64,000 nt of DNA from an uncultured Verrucomicrobiae bacterium (GCA_963749035.1 CAVVKW010000004.1:594531-658530), one strand, 5' to 3'. Positions 48,227-57,937 are shown, numbered from the stretch's first letter. The notes: generated by a model from the letters alone, not told the origin. Numbers and translations are program-made.

Positions 48227-48928
48227 TGTATTTGTATGTCCTAAGAAATGAGTGTCGAGAGGACACTCGACAACAGAATCTCCTTCAGTGCTGATGTAAA
48301 AGGCCTGCGCAGTGGGACGTGAACTCACCACATAGGCAAGGGCATCATCGATAAAATGAAGAGCGACGCCGTCATCAATAGCATAACCGGGAGATAGCCT
48401 ATGCTGTTGGATCAAAGTGTGAAATGAAAGGCGGCGTTCAGGCTCTCCATCGTAATGAGGTGTGCAACTGCCGGAAAGGAAACCGAGGCAATCCATCACA
48501 GATAAATCACCGTCTGAATCTGTGTGTCCCTGATCAAACCAACAAATGGCGCCGGCACTTAAGCCGCACAGAACAACGCCGTTCTTCCAAGCTTCGTGAA
48601 GCATGGAATCTAGGTTGAAAGAGCGCCAAGTGGTAAGCATGTTTCGTGTATTCCCTCCACCGACGTAAATCACGTCGCACTCTTTCACAAATTCCGTCAA
48701 GTCCGGGGGACTATCGGAGAGCGAAAGATGGCATGGCCGGCAAGGCAATGTTGAAAATGCGGTGTAAAAGCGATCAATGTATCCTTCAGAATCTCCGCTG
48801 GCTGTCGGTAGAAAACAAACTTTCGGCTCAGGCTTACCGGTGGAATCTAAGGCGTAGCGATCGAGAAGGAGATTTGCGGGTTCCATCGAAAACCCGCCAC
48901 CGCCCATCGCTATAATGTGCCTTTTCAT
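48197..48928 (-). CDS. peptidase S51 (dipeptidase E-like) family protein
   Basis: IIAMGGGGF...VCFLPTASGDS...IYVGGGNTRNML...LCGLSAGAICWF. Tail VEQGAAVNP. Confidence 0.78.
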   Translation of the reverse strand: MKRHIIAMGGGGFSMEPANLLLDRYALDSTGKPEPKVCFLPTASGDSEGYIDRFYTAFSTLPCRPCHLSLSDSPPDLTEFVKECDVIYVGGGNTRNMLTTWRSFNLDSMLHEAWKNGVVLCGLSAGAICWFDQGHTDSDGDLSVMDCLGFLSGSCTPHYDGEPERRLSFHTLIQQHRLSPGYAIDDGVALHFIDDALAYVVSSRPTAQAFYISTEGDSVVECPLDTHFLGHTNTVEQGAAVNP

Positions 48929-48936
48929 GATTTATA

Positions 48937-49062
48937 GTCGAACGTCAAGCTCAGCCACCCCGAACGAGAGTTCAAACGACTGACTGTGATCTGCTGAAGG
49001 TGACGCTTTCGAACGTCTGAAACGGAACGCGGCTAGGGGTTGGCTGCAGCGTCTTGATGGAC
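48937..49062 (-). repeat. attC site 49
   Basis: Boxes gtcgaac/gatggac, 126 bp. Confidence 0.85.
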
Positions 49063-49378
49063 AGAATTTGATTGAACCGCCGCCTGGCAATTGAGCTATC
49101 AGACCTTCGAACGATGCGCTCATCGAGTGACACGACAACACACGCGAACGGATTGATGGTCTTTTGCAGGTTTGCCCATGGCATACAGGTTGCCGTCGTG
49201 GCGGTCGATGAGTTCTCCAGCAACGGAAGTGTGAATATCTCGGTGTAGGTAAAGGTGAAGGTGAAGGGACGCTGATCTAAAGGAAGGGAATATCAATATG
49301 ACTGCTGAACGCCTTGCAGACGATTGGGCACCCATTTTGCTTTCTGCGTTCGCATACGAAGAATCCGCATTTCATTCT
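49063..49378 (-). repeat. cassette family A, copy A8
   Basis: Family A unit, with a 1-nt deletion in the 3' part relative to the other copies. Confidence 0.85.
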
Positions 49379-49504
49379 GTCCATCGTCAAGCTCAGCCAC
49401 CCCGAACGGGCGTGCGAGCTATGGATTGTGATCTACTGGAGGTGGTGCTTTCGAACATCTGAAACAGAAAGCGGCTAGGGGTTGGCTGCAGCGCCTTGTT
49501 CGAC
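49379..49504 (-). repeat. attC site 50
   Basis: Boxes gtccatc/gttcgac, 126 bp. Confidence 0.85.
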
Positions 49505-49868
49505 TGTATGGGATGGTCGCCCGTGAAAGTCATCGAGCTACTGGGGGCGTCGTATACTTTGGTTCAAATTGCGAAGCCACTTCAATGATTGGACGAATCC
49601 AGAGAGAAGGGTTCGACTCGGAAGGCATATATTTCACGAGCGTGGAAGGGATGAGGGCTGGATGTGGCCGGAACGAGTAGGGATCAAGTTACGAATTTTT
49701 TCATCCGCCGGAGGCTGCTCACGGACATCGGTCGAAATCCGGCGGAGCCGATCTTGTCTTCGGCGCGGCCTCTCAAGTCGTCGCAGTCTGAACCAATGGT
49801 AGTTTGCCGGGTTTGCCGTCAGCTACAGAATACAGAATTTACTCATCCGCCGGAGGCTGCATCATGAA
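49505..49868 (-). repeat. cassette family B, copy B7
   Basis: Family B unit. Confidence 0.8.
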
Positions 49869-49994
49869 GTCGAACGTCAAGCTCAGCCACCCCGAACGGG
49901 CTTCCGAGCTATGGATTGATGTTTGCTGGAGGAACAGCTTTCGAACGTCGAAAACGGAACGCGGCTAGGGGTTGGCTGCAGCACCTTGTTAGAC
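49869..49994 (-). repeat. attC site 51
   Basis: Boxes gtcgaac/gttagac, 126 bp. Confidence 0.9.
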
Positions 49995-50314
49995 TGGTCA
50001 GGATAAAATGGTGAGCTGCGGAGAAGATGATCGAAAAACTGCGGAGTAGCTCATCGTGTGCCACAACAATGTACGCAGTCGAGAAACTGATCTCTTTCAG
50101 GATATCCCGGTCGTATACAATTGACAGTTGTGGCACTCGATGAGCCTCCCATAGCAGACGGAACGTTGATTGCGTGATAGGCACCCGCGCCGAAGGCTTC
50201 TACGGGTGCTACATTATGGAAAGTTATTCTCTTATGCTCGTTCTTTGATCGCCTGATTAATTCTTCGCAATCGAATGCCTGTTGGAAACGGAAGTTGCAA
50301 CGCTGCATCATGAA
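49995..50314 (-). repeat. cassette family C, copy C4
   Basis: Family C unit. Confidence 0.8.
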
Positions 50315-50443
50315 GTCGAACGTCAAGCTCAGCCACCCCGAACATGGGACCGAACTTGCATGGTGGACGTTGAATGGAATGGCGGAAGTCAGAACAACTG
50401 CGCCGTGCGGCGGCTAGGGGTTGGCTGCAGCGCCTTGTTCGAC
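50315..50443 (-). repeat. attC site 52
   Basis: Boxes gtcgaac/gttcgac, 129-bp subtype. Confidence 0.9.
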
Positions 50444-50807
50444 TGTATGGGATGGTCGCCCGGGAAAGTCATCGAGCTATTGGGGGCGTCATCTACTTTG
50501 GTTCAAATCGCGAAGGCACTTTAATGATTGGACGAATTCAAAGAGAAGGGTTCGACTTGGCAGGCATATATTTACGACCGCGGAAGTGATGAAGGCTGCA
50601 TGTGGCCGGAACGAGCGGGGATCAAGCTACGAATTTTTTTCATCCGCCGGAGGCTGCTGACGGACATCGGTCGAAATCCGGTGGAGCCGATCTTGTCTTC
50701 GGCGCGGCCTCTCAAGTCGTCGCAGTCTGAACCAATGGTAGTTTGCCGGGTTTGCCGTCACCTACAGGAGCCCGGATTTAATCATCCGCCGGAGGCTGCA
50801 TCATGAA
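50444..50807 (-). repeat. cassette family B, copy B8
   Basis: Family B unit. Confidence 0.8.
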
Positions 50808-50933
50808 GTCGAACGTCAAGCTCAGCCACCCCGAACGGGCTTGCGAGCTACTGGTTGTGAACTGCTGAACGTGACGCTTTCGAACATCTGAAACAGAACG
50901 CGGCTAGGGGTTGGCTGCAGCGCCTTGTTCGAC
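50808..50933 (-). repeat. attC site 53
   Basis: Boxes gtcgaac/gttcgac, 126 bp. Confidence 0.9.
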
Positions 50934-51299
50934 TGTATCGGATGGCGGTCCGGAAAGGTGTTCGAGCTACACTGGGAATTGTATTCGTCTTACCAAATCG
51001 CGAAGACACTTTCATGTTTCAGCGAACCCTAAGAAAAGGGTTCGACTCGGAAGGCATATATCTCGCGAACGCGGAAGGGATGAGGGCTGGATGTGGCCGG
51101 AACGACCGGGGATCAAGCTACAATTCTTTTTTCATCCGCCGGAGGCTGCTGACGAACATCGGTCGGAATCCGGTGGAGCCGATCTTGTCTTCGGGGTGGC
51201 CTCTCAAGTCGTCGCAGTCTGAACCAATGGTAGTTTGCCGGGTTTGCCGTCAGCTACAGAATACCGAATTCCCTGATCCGCCGGAGGCTGCATCATGAA
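50934..51299 (-). repeat. cassette family B, copy B9
   Basis: Family B unit, directly adjacent to B8. Confidence 0.8.
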
Positions 51300-51424
51300 G
51301 TCGAACGTCAAGCTCAGCCACCCCGAACGGGCTTGCGAGCACTGTTTGTGATCTACCTGAAAAATCGCTTTCGAGCGTCTGAGACGGAACGCGGCTAGGG
51401 GTTGGCTGCAGCGCCTTGTTCGGT
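51300..51424 (-). repeat. attC site 54
   Basis: Boxes gtcgaac/gttcggt, 125 bp. Confidence 0.9.
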
Positions 51425-51440
51425 CTGTATTGGTTTCGTG

Positions 51441-51809
51441 CTATTGCATTGATCTTGGATAATATGATTGCAATTGATTTGTGCGATACCGTTCGACGCG
51501 TTCTGATTGGCGTCTAACGGTATCAGTATTATCGTCGATTAGTTCCAGATAAGTTGGAGCTTGAAGTTGCTTCTCCGAAGTCCTTTTGATTTGTATTTTG
51601 TTCTTCTGTGCGAACAAAATTGGATTTGTTGAATCCAAAATGAGTGCTTCCTCTATCACTTTTTCAGATCGATCGTATTCACCTTTCTCGAAAAGCGTCA
51701 TGGAGGTTCGCAAGAGATCAAACGTCTTGGCTTGCGTTGCCTTATCATCGGCAGCTGCTGTAGTCATTCCGATGACCAAGGATGAGACTATAAGTGCGAG
51801 CGTCTTCAT
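51441..51809 (-). CDS. cassette ORF, secreted 122-aa protein
   Basis: Signal peptide MKTLALIVSSLVIGMTTAAA. Own stop. Confidence 0.68.
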   Translation of the reverse strand: MKTLALIVSSLVIGMTTAAADDKATQAKTFDLLRTSMTLFEKGEYDRSEKVIEEALILDSTNPILFAQKNKIQIKRTSEKQLQAPTYLELIDDNTDTVRRQSERVERYRTNQLQSYYPRSMQ

Positions 51810-51819
51810 GATTATTATG

Positions 51820-51945
51820 ACCGAACGTCAAGCTCAGCCACCCCGAACGGGTGTCCGAACTACTGGTTGAAATCTGCTGGAGGTGACGCTTTCGAACATC
51901 TGAAACAGAAAGCGGCTAGGGGTTGGCTGCAGCGTCTTGATGGAC
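51820..51945 (-). repeat. attC site 55
   Basis: Boxes accgaac/gatggac, 126 bp. Confidence 0.85.
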
Positions 51946-52256
51946 AGAATTTTATGGAACCGCCGCCTGGCAATTGAGCTATCAAACCTTCGAACGATGC
52001 GCTCATCGAGTGACACGACAACACACGCGAACGGATTGATGGTCTTTTGCAGGTTTGCCCGTGGTATACAGGTTGCCGTCGTGGCGGTCGATGAGCTCTC
52101 CAGCAACGGAAGTATGTATGTCTCGGTGTAGGTAAAGGTGAAGAGACACTGATCCAAAGGAGGTGAATATCAATATGACTGCTGAACGCCTTGTAGACTA
52201 TTACGGCCGGATTTCATTCCTTCGCCCTCGCATATGGAGAATCCGCATTTCATTCT
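51946..52256 (-). repeat. cassette family A, copy A9 (one end diverged)
   Basis: Family A unit. Region 52190-52240 differs from the other copies. Confidence 0.8.
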
Positions 52257-52382
52257 GTCCATCGTCAAGCTCAGCCACCCCGAACGGGTGTCCAAACTAC
52301 TGGTTTAAATCTGCTGGAGGTGACTCTTTCGAACATCTGAGACGGAACGCGGCTAGGGGTTGGCTGCAGCGCCTTGTTCGAC
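52257..52382 (-). repeat. attC site 56
   Basis: Boxes gtccatc/gttcgac, 126 bp. Confidence 0.85.
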
Positions 52383-52745
52383 TGTATCGGCTGCTGGTCC
52401 GGGAAAGTCATCGAGCTACTGGGAGCGTCGTATACTTTGGTTCAAATCGCGAAGCCACTTCTATGATTGGACCAATCCAGAGAGAAGGGTTCGACTTGTA
52501 AGGCATATATGTTACGAACGCGGAAGAGATGAGGGCTGGATGTGGCCGTAACGAGTGGGGATCAAGCTACGATTTTTTCATCCGCCGGAGGCTGCTGACG
52601 GACATCGGTCGAAATCCGGTGGAGCCGATCTTGTCTTCGGGGTGGCCTCTCAAGTCGTCGCAGTCTGAACCAATGGTAGTTTGCCGGGTTTGCCGTCAGC
52701 TACAGAATACCGAATTCACTCATCCGCCGGAGGCTGCATCATGAA
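52383..52745 (-). repeat. cassette family B, copy B10
   Basis: Family B unit. Confidence 0.8.
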
Positions 52746-52871
52746 GTCGAACGTCAAGCTCAGCCAACCTGAACGGGCGGGCGAAGAGCGGAACGTAGTT
52801 CCACCAAGTAGCGGTTACGAGTTGGATGTGTCAGCACGCGGCTAGGCGTTGGCTGCAGCGTCTTGTTCGGC
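52746..52871 (-). repeat. attC site 57
   Basis: Boxes gtcgaac/gttcggc, 126 bp. Confidence 0.9.
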
Positions 52872-53125
52872 TGTATCTGAATTCGGTATAGAAAGAGGAG
52901 GCTTGAATCCGAGAATCTCTTTCTTCGTCGAGGAGTTGAAATAGAGAAGGATGTAAAATGGTAGAACCGCAAATGCCAATCCGACAATCGCAGCAAATGA
53001 TTTGATGAATCGCGAATTCGCGATCTCTTGCAACGTTGGGAATAAAGTAGAGCTAACTTCTAGCAATTTGAGCCAGCCCAAAGCAGGAAGAACTGAAGTG
53101 GAGCCGAAAAAGTGGACAGGGGAAG

Positions 53126-54048
53126 TTAGTCTGTTTTGGTTGTTAGGTTATTGAGTGAGTTTTCGTATTCGAGGGGTGATTGGTAGTCGAGGGAGCTATG
53201 GAGTCGGCGTGGATTGTAGAAGGTTTCGATGTAGTCGAAGAGCATCGCGTCGGCTTGGGCTCGGGTGGCCGGAGGGCCAGCGTGGAAGCATTCGGTTTTG
53301 AGAGTGGACCAGAACGACTCCATGGCGGCGTTATCATAGCAGTTGGCGCGTCGGCTCATGCTCGGCGTCACGCCGTGGGAGTTGAGCAGGGAGCGGAAAG
53401 CCCCAGCAGCATACTGGCTGCCGCGGTCGGAATGGTGGAGTTGTGGACGAGTTCCTGAGAGCAAGACGGCGCGGCTGAAGGCGCTTTCGACGAGGGTGCT
53501 CTCCATGGTTGATCCCGTTTTCCAGCCAACGATCCGACGGGAAGCGAGGTTCATTTCGGCAGCCAGATAATGCCAGCCTTCATCGGTGGGTAGGTAGGTG
53601 ATGTCAGCCACCCATGTCTGCCCAGGGGTAGACGAGGTCGTGTTGGTCGTATCGGACAAGAGCCGATTCGGGGCGATGGGATGAGGGTGGCAGCTGTCGG
53701 TCGTGCGGGGCCGATAACGACCCTTGCGCAAGGCACATAGTCCTTTCTGGGACATCAAGCGCGAGATACGTCGTCGCCCGCAGACTTGCCCTTCTCGATC
53801 AAGGACGACGCGCAGCCGACGGGTCCCGTAGGTTCGGCGGTTCTCGTGGAAAGCCGCTTCGATCCGATCACTCAGATCGGCGTCTTCGCGCTGGCGCAGA
53901 CCTTCGGTCTTTTTCCCGTGGGCGTAGTAGCCGCTGCGACTGACTTCCAGAGCCAGGCAAAGCTCCTTGAGGGTAAAGCTGTTCTTTTCCATCGTCTCGA
54001 TCAGCGCAAAGCGTTCCACGGTTCCTGACCCAAAATGGCGCAGGCTTT
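53126..54048 (-). CDS. IS3-family transposase OrfB
   Basis: Same protein as copy 1 with 2 substitutions in the track ORFs (D/N, Q/R). The 5' coordinate is approximate (frameshift product). Confidence 0.8.
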
Positions 54049-54351
54049 TTTTAAAATGTCTCGTTGGCGGGTGGTGAACTCCAGTTCCCTTCTCAGGCGA
54101 GCGTTCTCGCTGGCGAGGTCCTGGGGCCGCCCCGCCGCCGGGACGGGTCCTCCTCCCCCCTCCGGACCCGTCCCGGCGGCGGTTCTCCCGTAAAGCTTCT
54201 TCCACCTGCCCAGGCTCCACGTCGAGATCCCCAGCTCAAGCGCTAGTTGTGTCGCGCTTCGCGTTCCGCTTTCCAGCATTTCCACGGCGCTTCGTTTGAA
54301 CTCTTCGTCAAATCGTCGCCCCTTGTTCGTTTCTCTTGGTTTTTCGTTCAC
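54001..54351 (-). CDS. IS3-family transposase OrfA
   Basis: Identical to the protein encoded at 21535..21885. Confidence 0.85.
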   Translation of the reverse strand: MNEKPRETNKGRRFDEEFKRSAVEMLESGTRSATQLALELGISTWSLGRWKKLYGRTAAGTGPEGGGGPVPAAGRPQDLASENARLRRELEFTTRQRDILKKACAILGQEPWNALR

Positions 54352-54465
54352 GGCTTTTTCTTGGTCTATCCCGTGTCCGCATTTTCAGCACCACCTCAGA
54401 ACGAAAAGGGTGGCCTCAAATGCGACTAGCAAAAGTAGGCGTGAGAACTGATGCATCTTATAATA

Positions 54466-54591
54466 GCCGAACGTCAAGCTCAGCCACCCCGAACGGGTGT
54501 TCGAACGACTGACTTTGATCTCCTGGAAGTGACGCTTTCGATCACCTGAAACGGAGCGCGGCTAGGGGTTGGCTGCAGCGTCTTGATGGAC
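54466..54591 (-). repeat. attC site 58
   Basis: Boxes gccgaac/gatggac, 126 bp. Confidence 0.85.
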
Positions 54592-54932
54592 AGAATTTCA
54601 TCAAGTCGCCGCCTGGCAATTGAGCTATCAAACCTTCGAACGATGCGCTCATCGAGTGACACGACAACACACGCGAACGAATTGATGGTCTTTTGCAGGT
54701 TTGCCCGTGGCATACAGGTTGCCGTCGTGGCGGTCGATGAGCTCTCCAGCAACGGAAGTGTGAATGTCTCGGTGTAGGTAAAGGTGAAGGTGAAGGTGAA
54801 GGTGAAGGTGAAGGTGAAGGGAAGCTGATCCAAAGGAGGTGAATATCAATATGACTGCTGAACGCCCTGCAGACGATTACGCACCCATTTTGCTTTCCGG
54901 CGTTCGCATACGAAGACTCCGCATTTCATTCT
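54592..54932 (-). repeat. cassette family A, copy A10
   Basis: Family A unit with an expanded hexamer tract. Confidence 0.85.
54771..54818. repeat. (GGTGAA)n microsatellite, 8 units (6 perfect)
   Basis: Counted directly: perfect units from 54783 to 54818. Confidence 0.95.
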
Positions 54933-55056
54933 GTCCATCGTCAAGCTCAGCCACCCCGAACGGGCGACCGCAAACTACTGGTGATCAACTGCCGGTAGCG
55001 GATCCGCAACCCCGAGAGCGAAGCGGCTAGGGGTTGGCTGCAGCGCCTTGTTCGGC
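54933..55056 (-). repeat. attC site 59
   Basis: Boxes gtccatc/gttcggc, 124 bp. Confidence 0.85.
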
Positions 55057-55067
55057 TCGTATTGGTA

Positions 55068-55466
55068 TTATTGTGCCCGCACGAAAGTTGTGGTCTGAGG
55101 CTTTATGGTTTCGGCACCTTGGGTAGAAATCACCAAAAGGTGATCCGTGAGAGTAATGATATCCGACCGAATCTCATCGGGCTCGCCCTGTGATACAGTG
55201 TCAGAAGATACCGTGAGAGAGTCTCCTTCAATCTTCCATGATCCTTTTCGGGTTTTTGAAAACGCGTGCGGAGGTAATCGGTCGTATGTCTCTGATACAA
55301 AGGTGTGATCAGGGTTGAATGTGGTGGAGACATCGAATTCGTGTCTTCCGATTCGAACTTCATCTCTAGCGGTCCATTTTCCGATGAGTGTGGATTCCTG
55401 TGAAGGCTTGCATGCGCAGACTAAGGTGGAAAGTATAACTAGTAAGAAAATTGAGGTTTTGTTCAT
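55068..55466 (-). CDS. cassette ORF, lipoprotein (lipocalin-like?)
   Basis: MNKTSIFLLVILSTLVCAC lipobox. TLIGKWTA motif. Own stop. Confidence 0.7.
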   Translation of the reverse strand: MNKTSIFLLVILSTLVCACKPSQESTLIGKWTARDEVRIGRHEFDVSTTFNPDHTFVSETYDRLPPHAFSKTRKGSWKIEGDSLTVSSDTVSQGEPDEIRSDIITLTDHLLVISTQGAETIKPQTTTFVRAQ

Positions 55467-55488
55467 GGTCTTGGTTTTATTTAAATTG

Positions 55489-55614
55489 GCAGAACGTTAA
55501 GCTCAGCCACCCTGAACGGGCAACCGAATTTGTCTGGTGATCTTCTGGAAGTTGTGGGTCCGCGCAACACCAAGAGCGAAGCGGCTAGGGGTTGGCTAAA
55601 GCGCCTTGTTCGAC
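55489..55614 (-). repeat. attC site 60
   Basis: Boxes gcagaac/gttcgac, 126 bp. Slightly degenerate (gttaagctc, ggctaaagcg). Confidence 0.85.
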
Positions 55615-55617
55615 GAA

Positions 55618-55968
55618 TTATTCGCTCGATTTCAGTGTAGCTACATACTCCGAATTTCTTCTCAAGAGAGTTTTTTCCATTTGTCGTGTGATTGAATACC
55701 GAATGTTTAGCGGGTTGAGTAGGTCGGCGTTGGTGCCCGGTAAATCTTTCGCGCTTTCGAATGACTTTGCTAAATAAAGTGTCGATTTAGCAACCTCAGC
55801 GCGGGGCTTGTCAGACTCGATCATGCTATGGACAATGTATAATTGATTGGCTGTGAGGGCGCTTTCTACGCGCCAAGTGCCGAATGCGCCAAGGGAATGA
55901 CCGAGCCAGAATGAAACCGCAATGGCGAGAATGAACGAGATAGGAAGAAGGTATTTTTTAGTTTTCAT
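55618..55968 (-). CDS. cassette ORF, membrane-anchored 116-aa protein
   Basis: N-terminal TM LLPISFILAIAVSFWLG. Own stop next to the attC. Confidence 0.68.
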   Translation of the reverse strand: MKTKKYLLPISFILAIAVSFWLGHSLGAFGTWRVESALTANQLYIVHSMIESDKPRAEVAKSTLYLAKSFESAKDLPGTNADLLNPLNIRYSITRQMEKTLLRRNSEYVATLKSSE

Positions 55969-56016
55969 GGTTTTATAGCTAAGTTTAAGAGACTGTCGAG
56001 GGAATGGAGATTATGA

Positions 56017-56142
56017 GCCGAACGTCAAGCTCAGCCACCCTGAACGTGCGACCGGATGCAACTGGTGTTCAACTGCCGGTAGCGGGACCGCGCAACCCCA
56101 GGAGCGAAGCGGATAGGGGTTGGCTGCAGCGCCTTGTTAGGC
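56017..56142 (-). repeat. attC site 61
   Basis: Boxes gccgaac/gttaggc, 126 bp. Has GGATAGGGG instead of GGCTAGGGG. Confidence 0.9.
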
Positions 56143-56832
56143 ATCCTCTCGTTCTGCAACAAAGCGATTCTTCAGTGCATCGAGATTCGGAGCAGTAGCG
56201 CCTACGGTTGTCATTGCTTCGATCGTTACCATGGCGCAGAGCGACATTGTATAGTTGTCATGTTGTTCAAATTCGGCGAGATCACCAGCACTGGCTCGAA
56301 ATGCAGCGTGGGTGAACCGACAGTATAATCTATAATGACTGTCATAATATGCACCTATCTCTGCGATATGGGCAGTATCGCGTAGATTCAGAGTTTTCTC
56401 TGTGCATTCGTGGTCTGGATTGCGACTCTTATAGGATTCACGAAAATCCTCCCATTCCGTTTTGAGTTTAGCGATCAAAATGTCTGATTGAGGTAGGTCT
56501 AGCGCCTTCGTCCACTTGATATCTTCCTGATATTCTGTGTATGCAACCTGAAAAACGAACTCAGCATGCTTGCGAATAGCATGAATTCGAATAACCGATT
56601 CAATGGCGGTTCGAACAAGCATCTTCGAAGCTTCGAGCAGACCGTTCTCTCGTAGGAGAATGTATGATTCGATTGCCGTCTTGACGTAGATGGAAGTATA
56701 GAAAATGTAGTTCTCCGCTAGGCTCTCGCTGACTCTTCCACCAACGGAGTCGAGCGCATGACGCAATTCAGAGAGAAATGCACGAGTTAGCGAAAGCGAA
56801 CGTTGTTCGTATGATTGTGTGTTCGTATTCAT
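56137..56832 (-). CDS. cassette ORF, 231-aa helical hypothetical protein
   Basis: ATG start. The stop TAA lies in the R box GCCTAAC. No motif recognised. Confidence 0.7.
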   Translation of the reverse strand: MNTNTQSYEQRSLSLTRAFLSELRHALDSVGGRVSESLAENYIFYTSIYVKTAIESYILLRENGLLEASKMLVRTAIESVIRIHAIRKHAEFVFQVAYTEYQEDIKWTKALDLPQSDILIAKLKTEWEDFRESYKSRNPDHECTEKTLNLRDTAHIAEIGAYYDSHYRLYCRFTHAAFRASAGDLAEFEQHDNYTMSLCAMVTIEAMTTVGATAPNLDALKNRFVAEREDA

Positions 56833-56839
56833 GTATATT

Positions 56840-56966
56840 GCCTAACGTCAAGCTCAGCCACCCTGAGCGGGCAATCAAGCCAACCCTGAGGTGAGCTGCC
56901 AGTAGCGGGTCCGAGCAACCCCAGCCAGCGAAGCGGCTAGGGGTTGGCTGCAGCGCCTTGTTCGGC
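56840..56966 (-). repeat. attC site 62
   Basis: Boxes gcctaac/gttcggc, 127 bp. Confidence 0.9.
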
Positions 56967-57335
56967 TGTATTTGCCCGGATAAAGTAGGATTGTGTTGTT
57001 TGAACATCGCCGAACGATCTTCCGTCGAACTGAACCTTGACTTGAATTCCCGGCCTAGGCGAGAAGATTGGCAGAATACCGAAATATAAATGCTTACCCA
57101 GCATGCCGATCTCCTCTTCATCAGCAATAGTTAGCGTCTGTCCTCCAACTAGTTTCTTGGACTCCCCAGATTTGTGAATGACAATATAGCTAGGTCCTTC
57201 TGAAACTTTTATTACGAGCTTGCCGTTGTCCAAAGCTACGGACTCGAATGGGCTAGTTCCCCGGACATCTGCAGCAGCAGAAATATGTGAATAGACCAAG
57301 ATGGCAGACGCTATAGTAAGTAGTGGAATATTCAT
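56937..57335 (-). CDS. cassette ORF, secreted 132-aa protein
   Basis: Signal peptide MNIPLLTIASAILVYSHISAAA. Tail NTAEQGAAANP. Confidence 0.7.
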   Translation of the reverse strand: MNIPLLTIASAILVYSHISAAADVRGTSPFESVALDNGKLVIKVSEGPSYIVIHKSGESKKLVGGQTLTIADEEEIGMLGKHLYFGILPIFSPRPGIQVKVQFDGRSFGDVQTTQSYFIRANTAEQGAAANP

Positions 57336-57411
57336 GATTATTTAGGTAAGCAGTCGATTGGCACGTTTCAAGGTCGGTTTATCACAAACTATATCATCCA
57401 CCGGAGGTTGA

Positions 57412-57538
57412 GCCGAACGTCAAGCTCAGCCACCCTGAGCGGGTGAACGAGCCAACCCTGAGGTGAGCTGCCAATAGCGGGACCGATCAACCCCAGCCAG
57501 CGAAGCGGCTAGGGGTTGGCTGCAGCGCCTTGTTCGGC
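57412..57538 (-). repeat. attC site 63
   Basis: Boxes gccgaac/gttcggc, 127 bp. Confidence 0.9.
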
Positions 57539-57808
57539 TGTATTCTTTCCGCGAATCAAACTGAAAATTATTCCCGTGATAGCGGCAACAACAAACGAGC
57601 ACAATGCTATAGTTAGGATCGCCGCCGGATTGGATGGGTTGTCCATTCTCAAAAGATAGTATCCGGCAATTGGCGATATTACAGTGGTAATCGCTGTGGC
57701 TGCAACGCTGCTCCAGATAAGCTTCTGCATCCAGAAATGCGTAATTACAGACGATGCAATTGAAATGCCAAGTAGGGCAGCGATGAAGTAGATTTCTTCG
57801 ATGATCAT
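57509..57808 (-). CDS. cassette ORF, 99-aa integral membrane protein
   Basis: 3 TM segments. Tail NTAEQGAAANP. Confidence 0.7.
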   Translation of the reverse strand: MIIEEIYFIAALLGISIASSVITHFWMQKLIWSSVAATAITTVISPIAGYYLLRMDNPSNPAAILTIALCSFVVAAITGIIFSLIRGKNTAEQGAAANP

Positions 57809-57937
57809 AGTTGTAAGGTTTAGTTAGTCGTATGTGGTGTGAATTCTCTAACTGAGGTATCCTAGCGACAAAGTTAATCTACTGTGGTTGGTATGCACGT
57901 CTTTTATTATCAAATTCCGCCGGAGGATGCTTATTGA

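Larger units (their letters stand above)
53094..54398 (-). mobile_element. IS3-family insertion sequence (type 2), copy 2 (inverted relative to copy 1)
   Basis: 1305 bp, near-identical to 21488-22792. Flanked by direct GAAC repeats (53090-93, 54399-402). Confidence 0.92.
52842..54456 (-). pseudogene. small membrane-protein cassette gene split by IS3 (type 2) copy 2
   Basis: Removing 53094-54398 and one GAAC repeat joins MHQFSRLLLLVAFEATLFV (54399-54456) in frame to LPALGWLKLLEV... (52842-53093). Tail AEQDAAANA. Confidence 0.65.
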
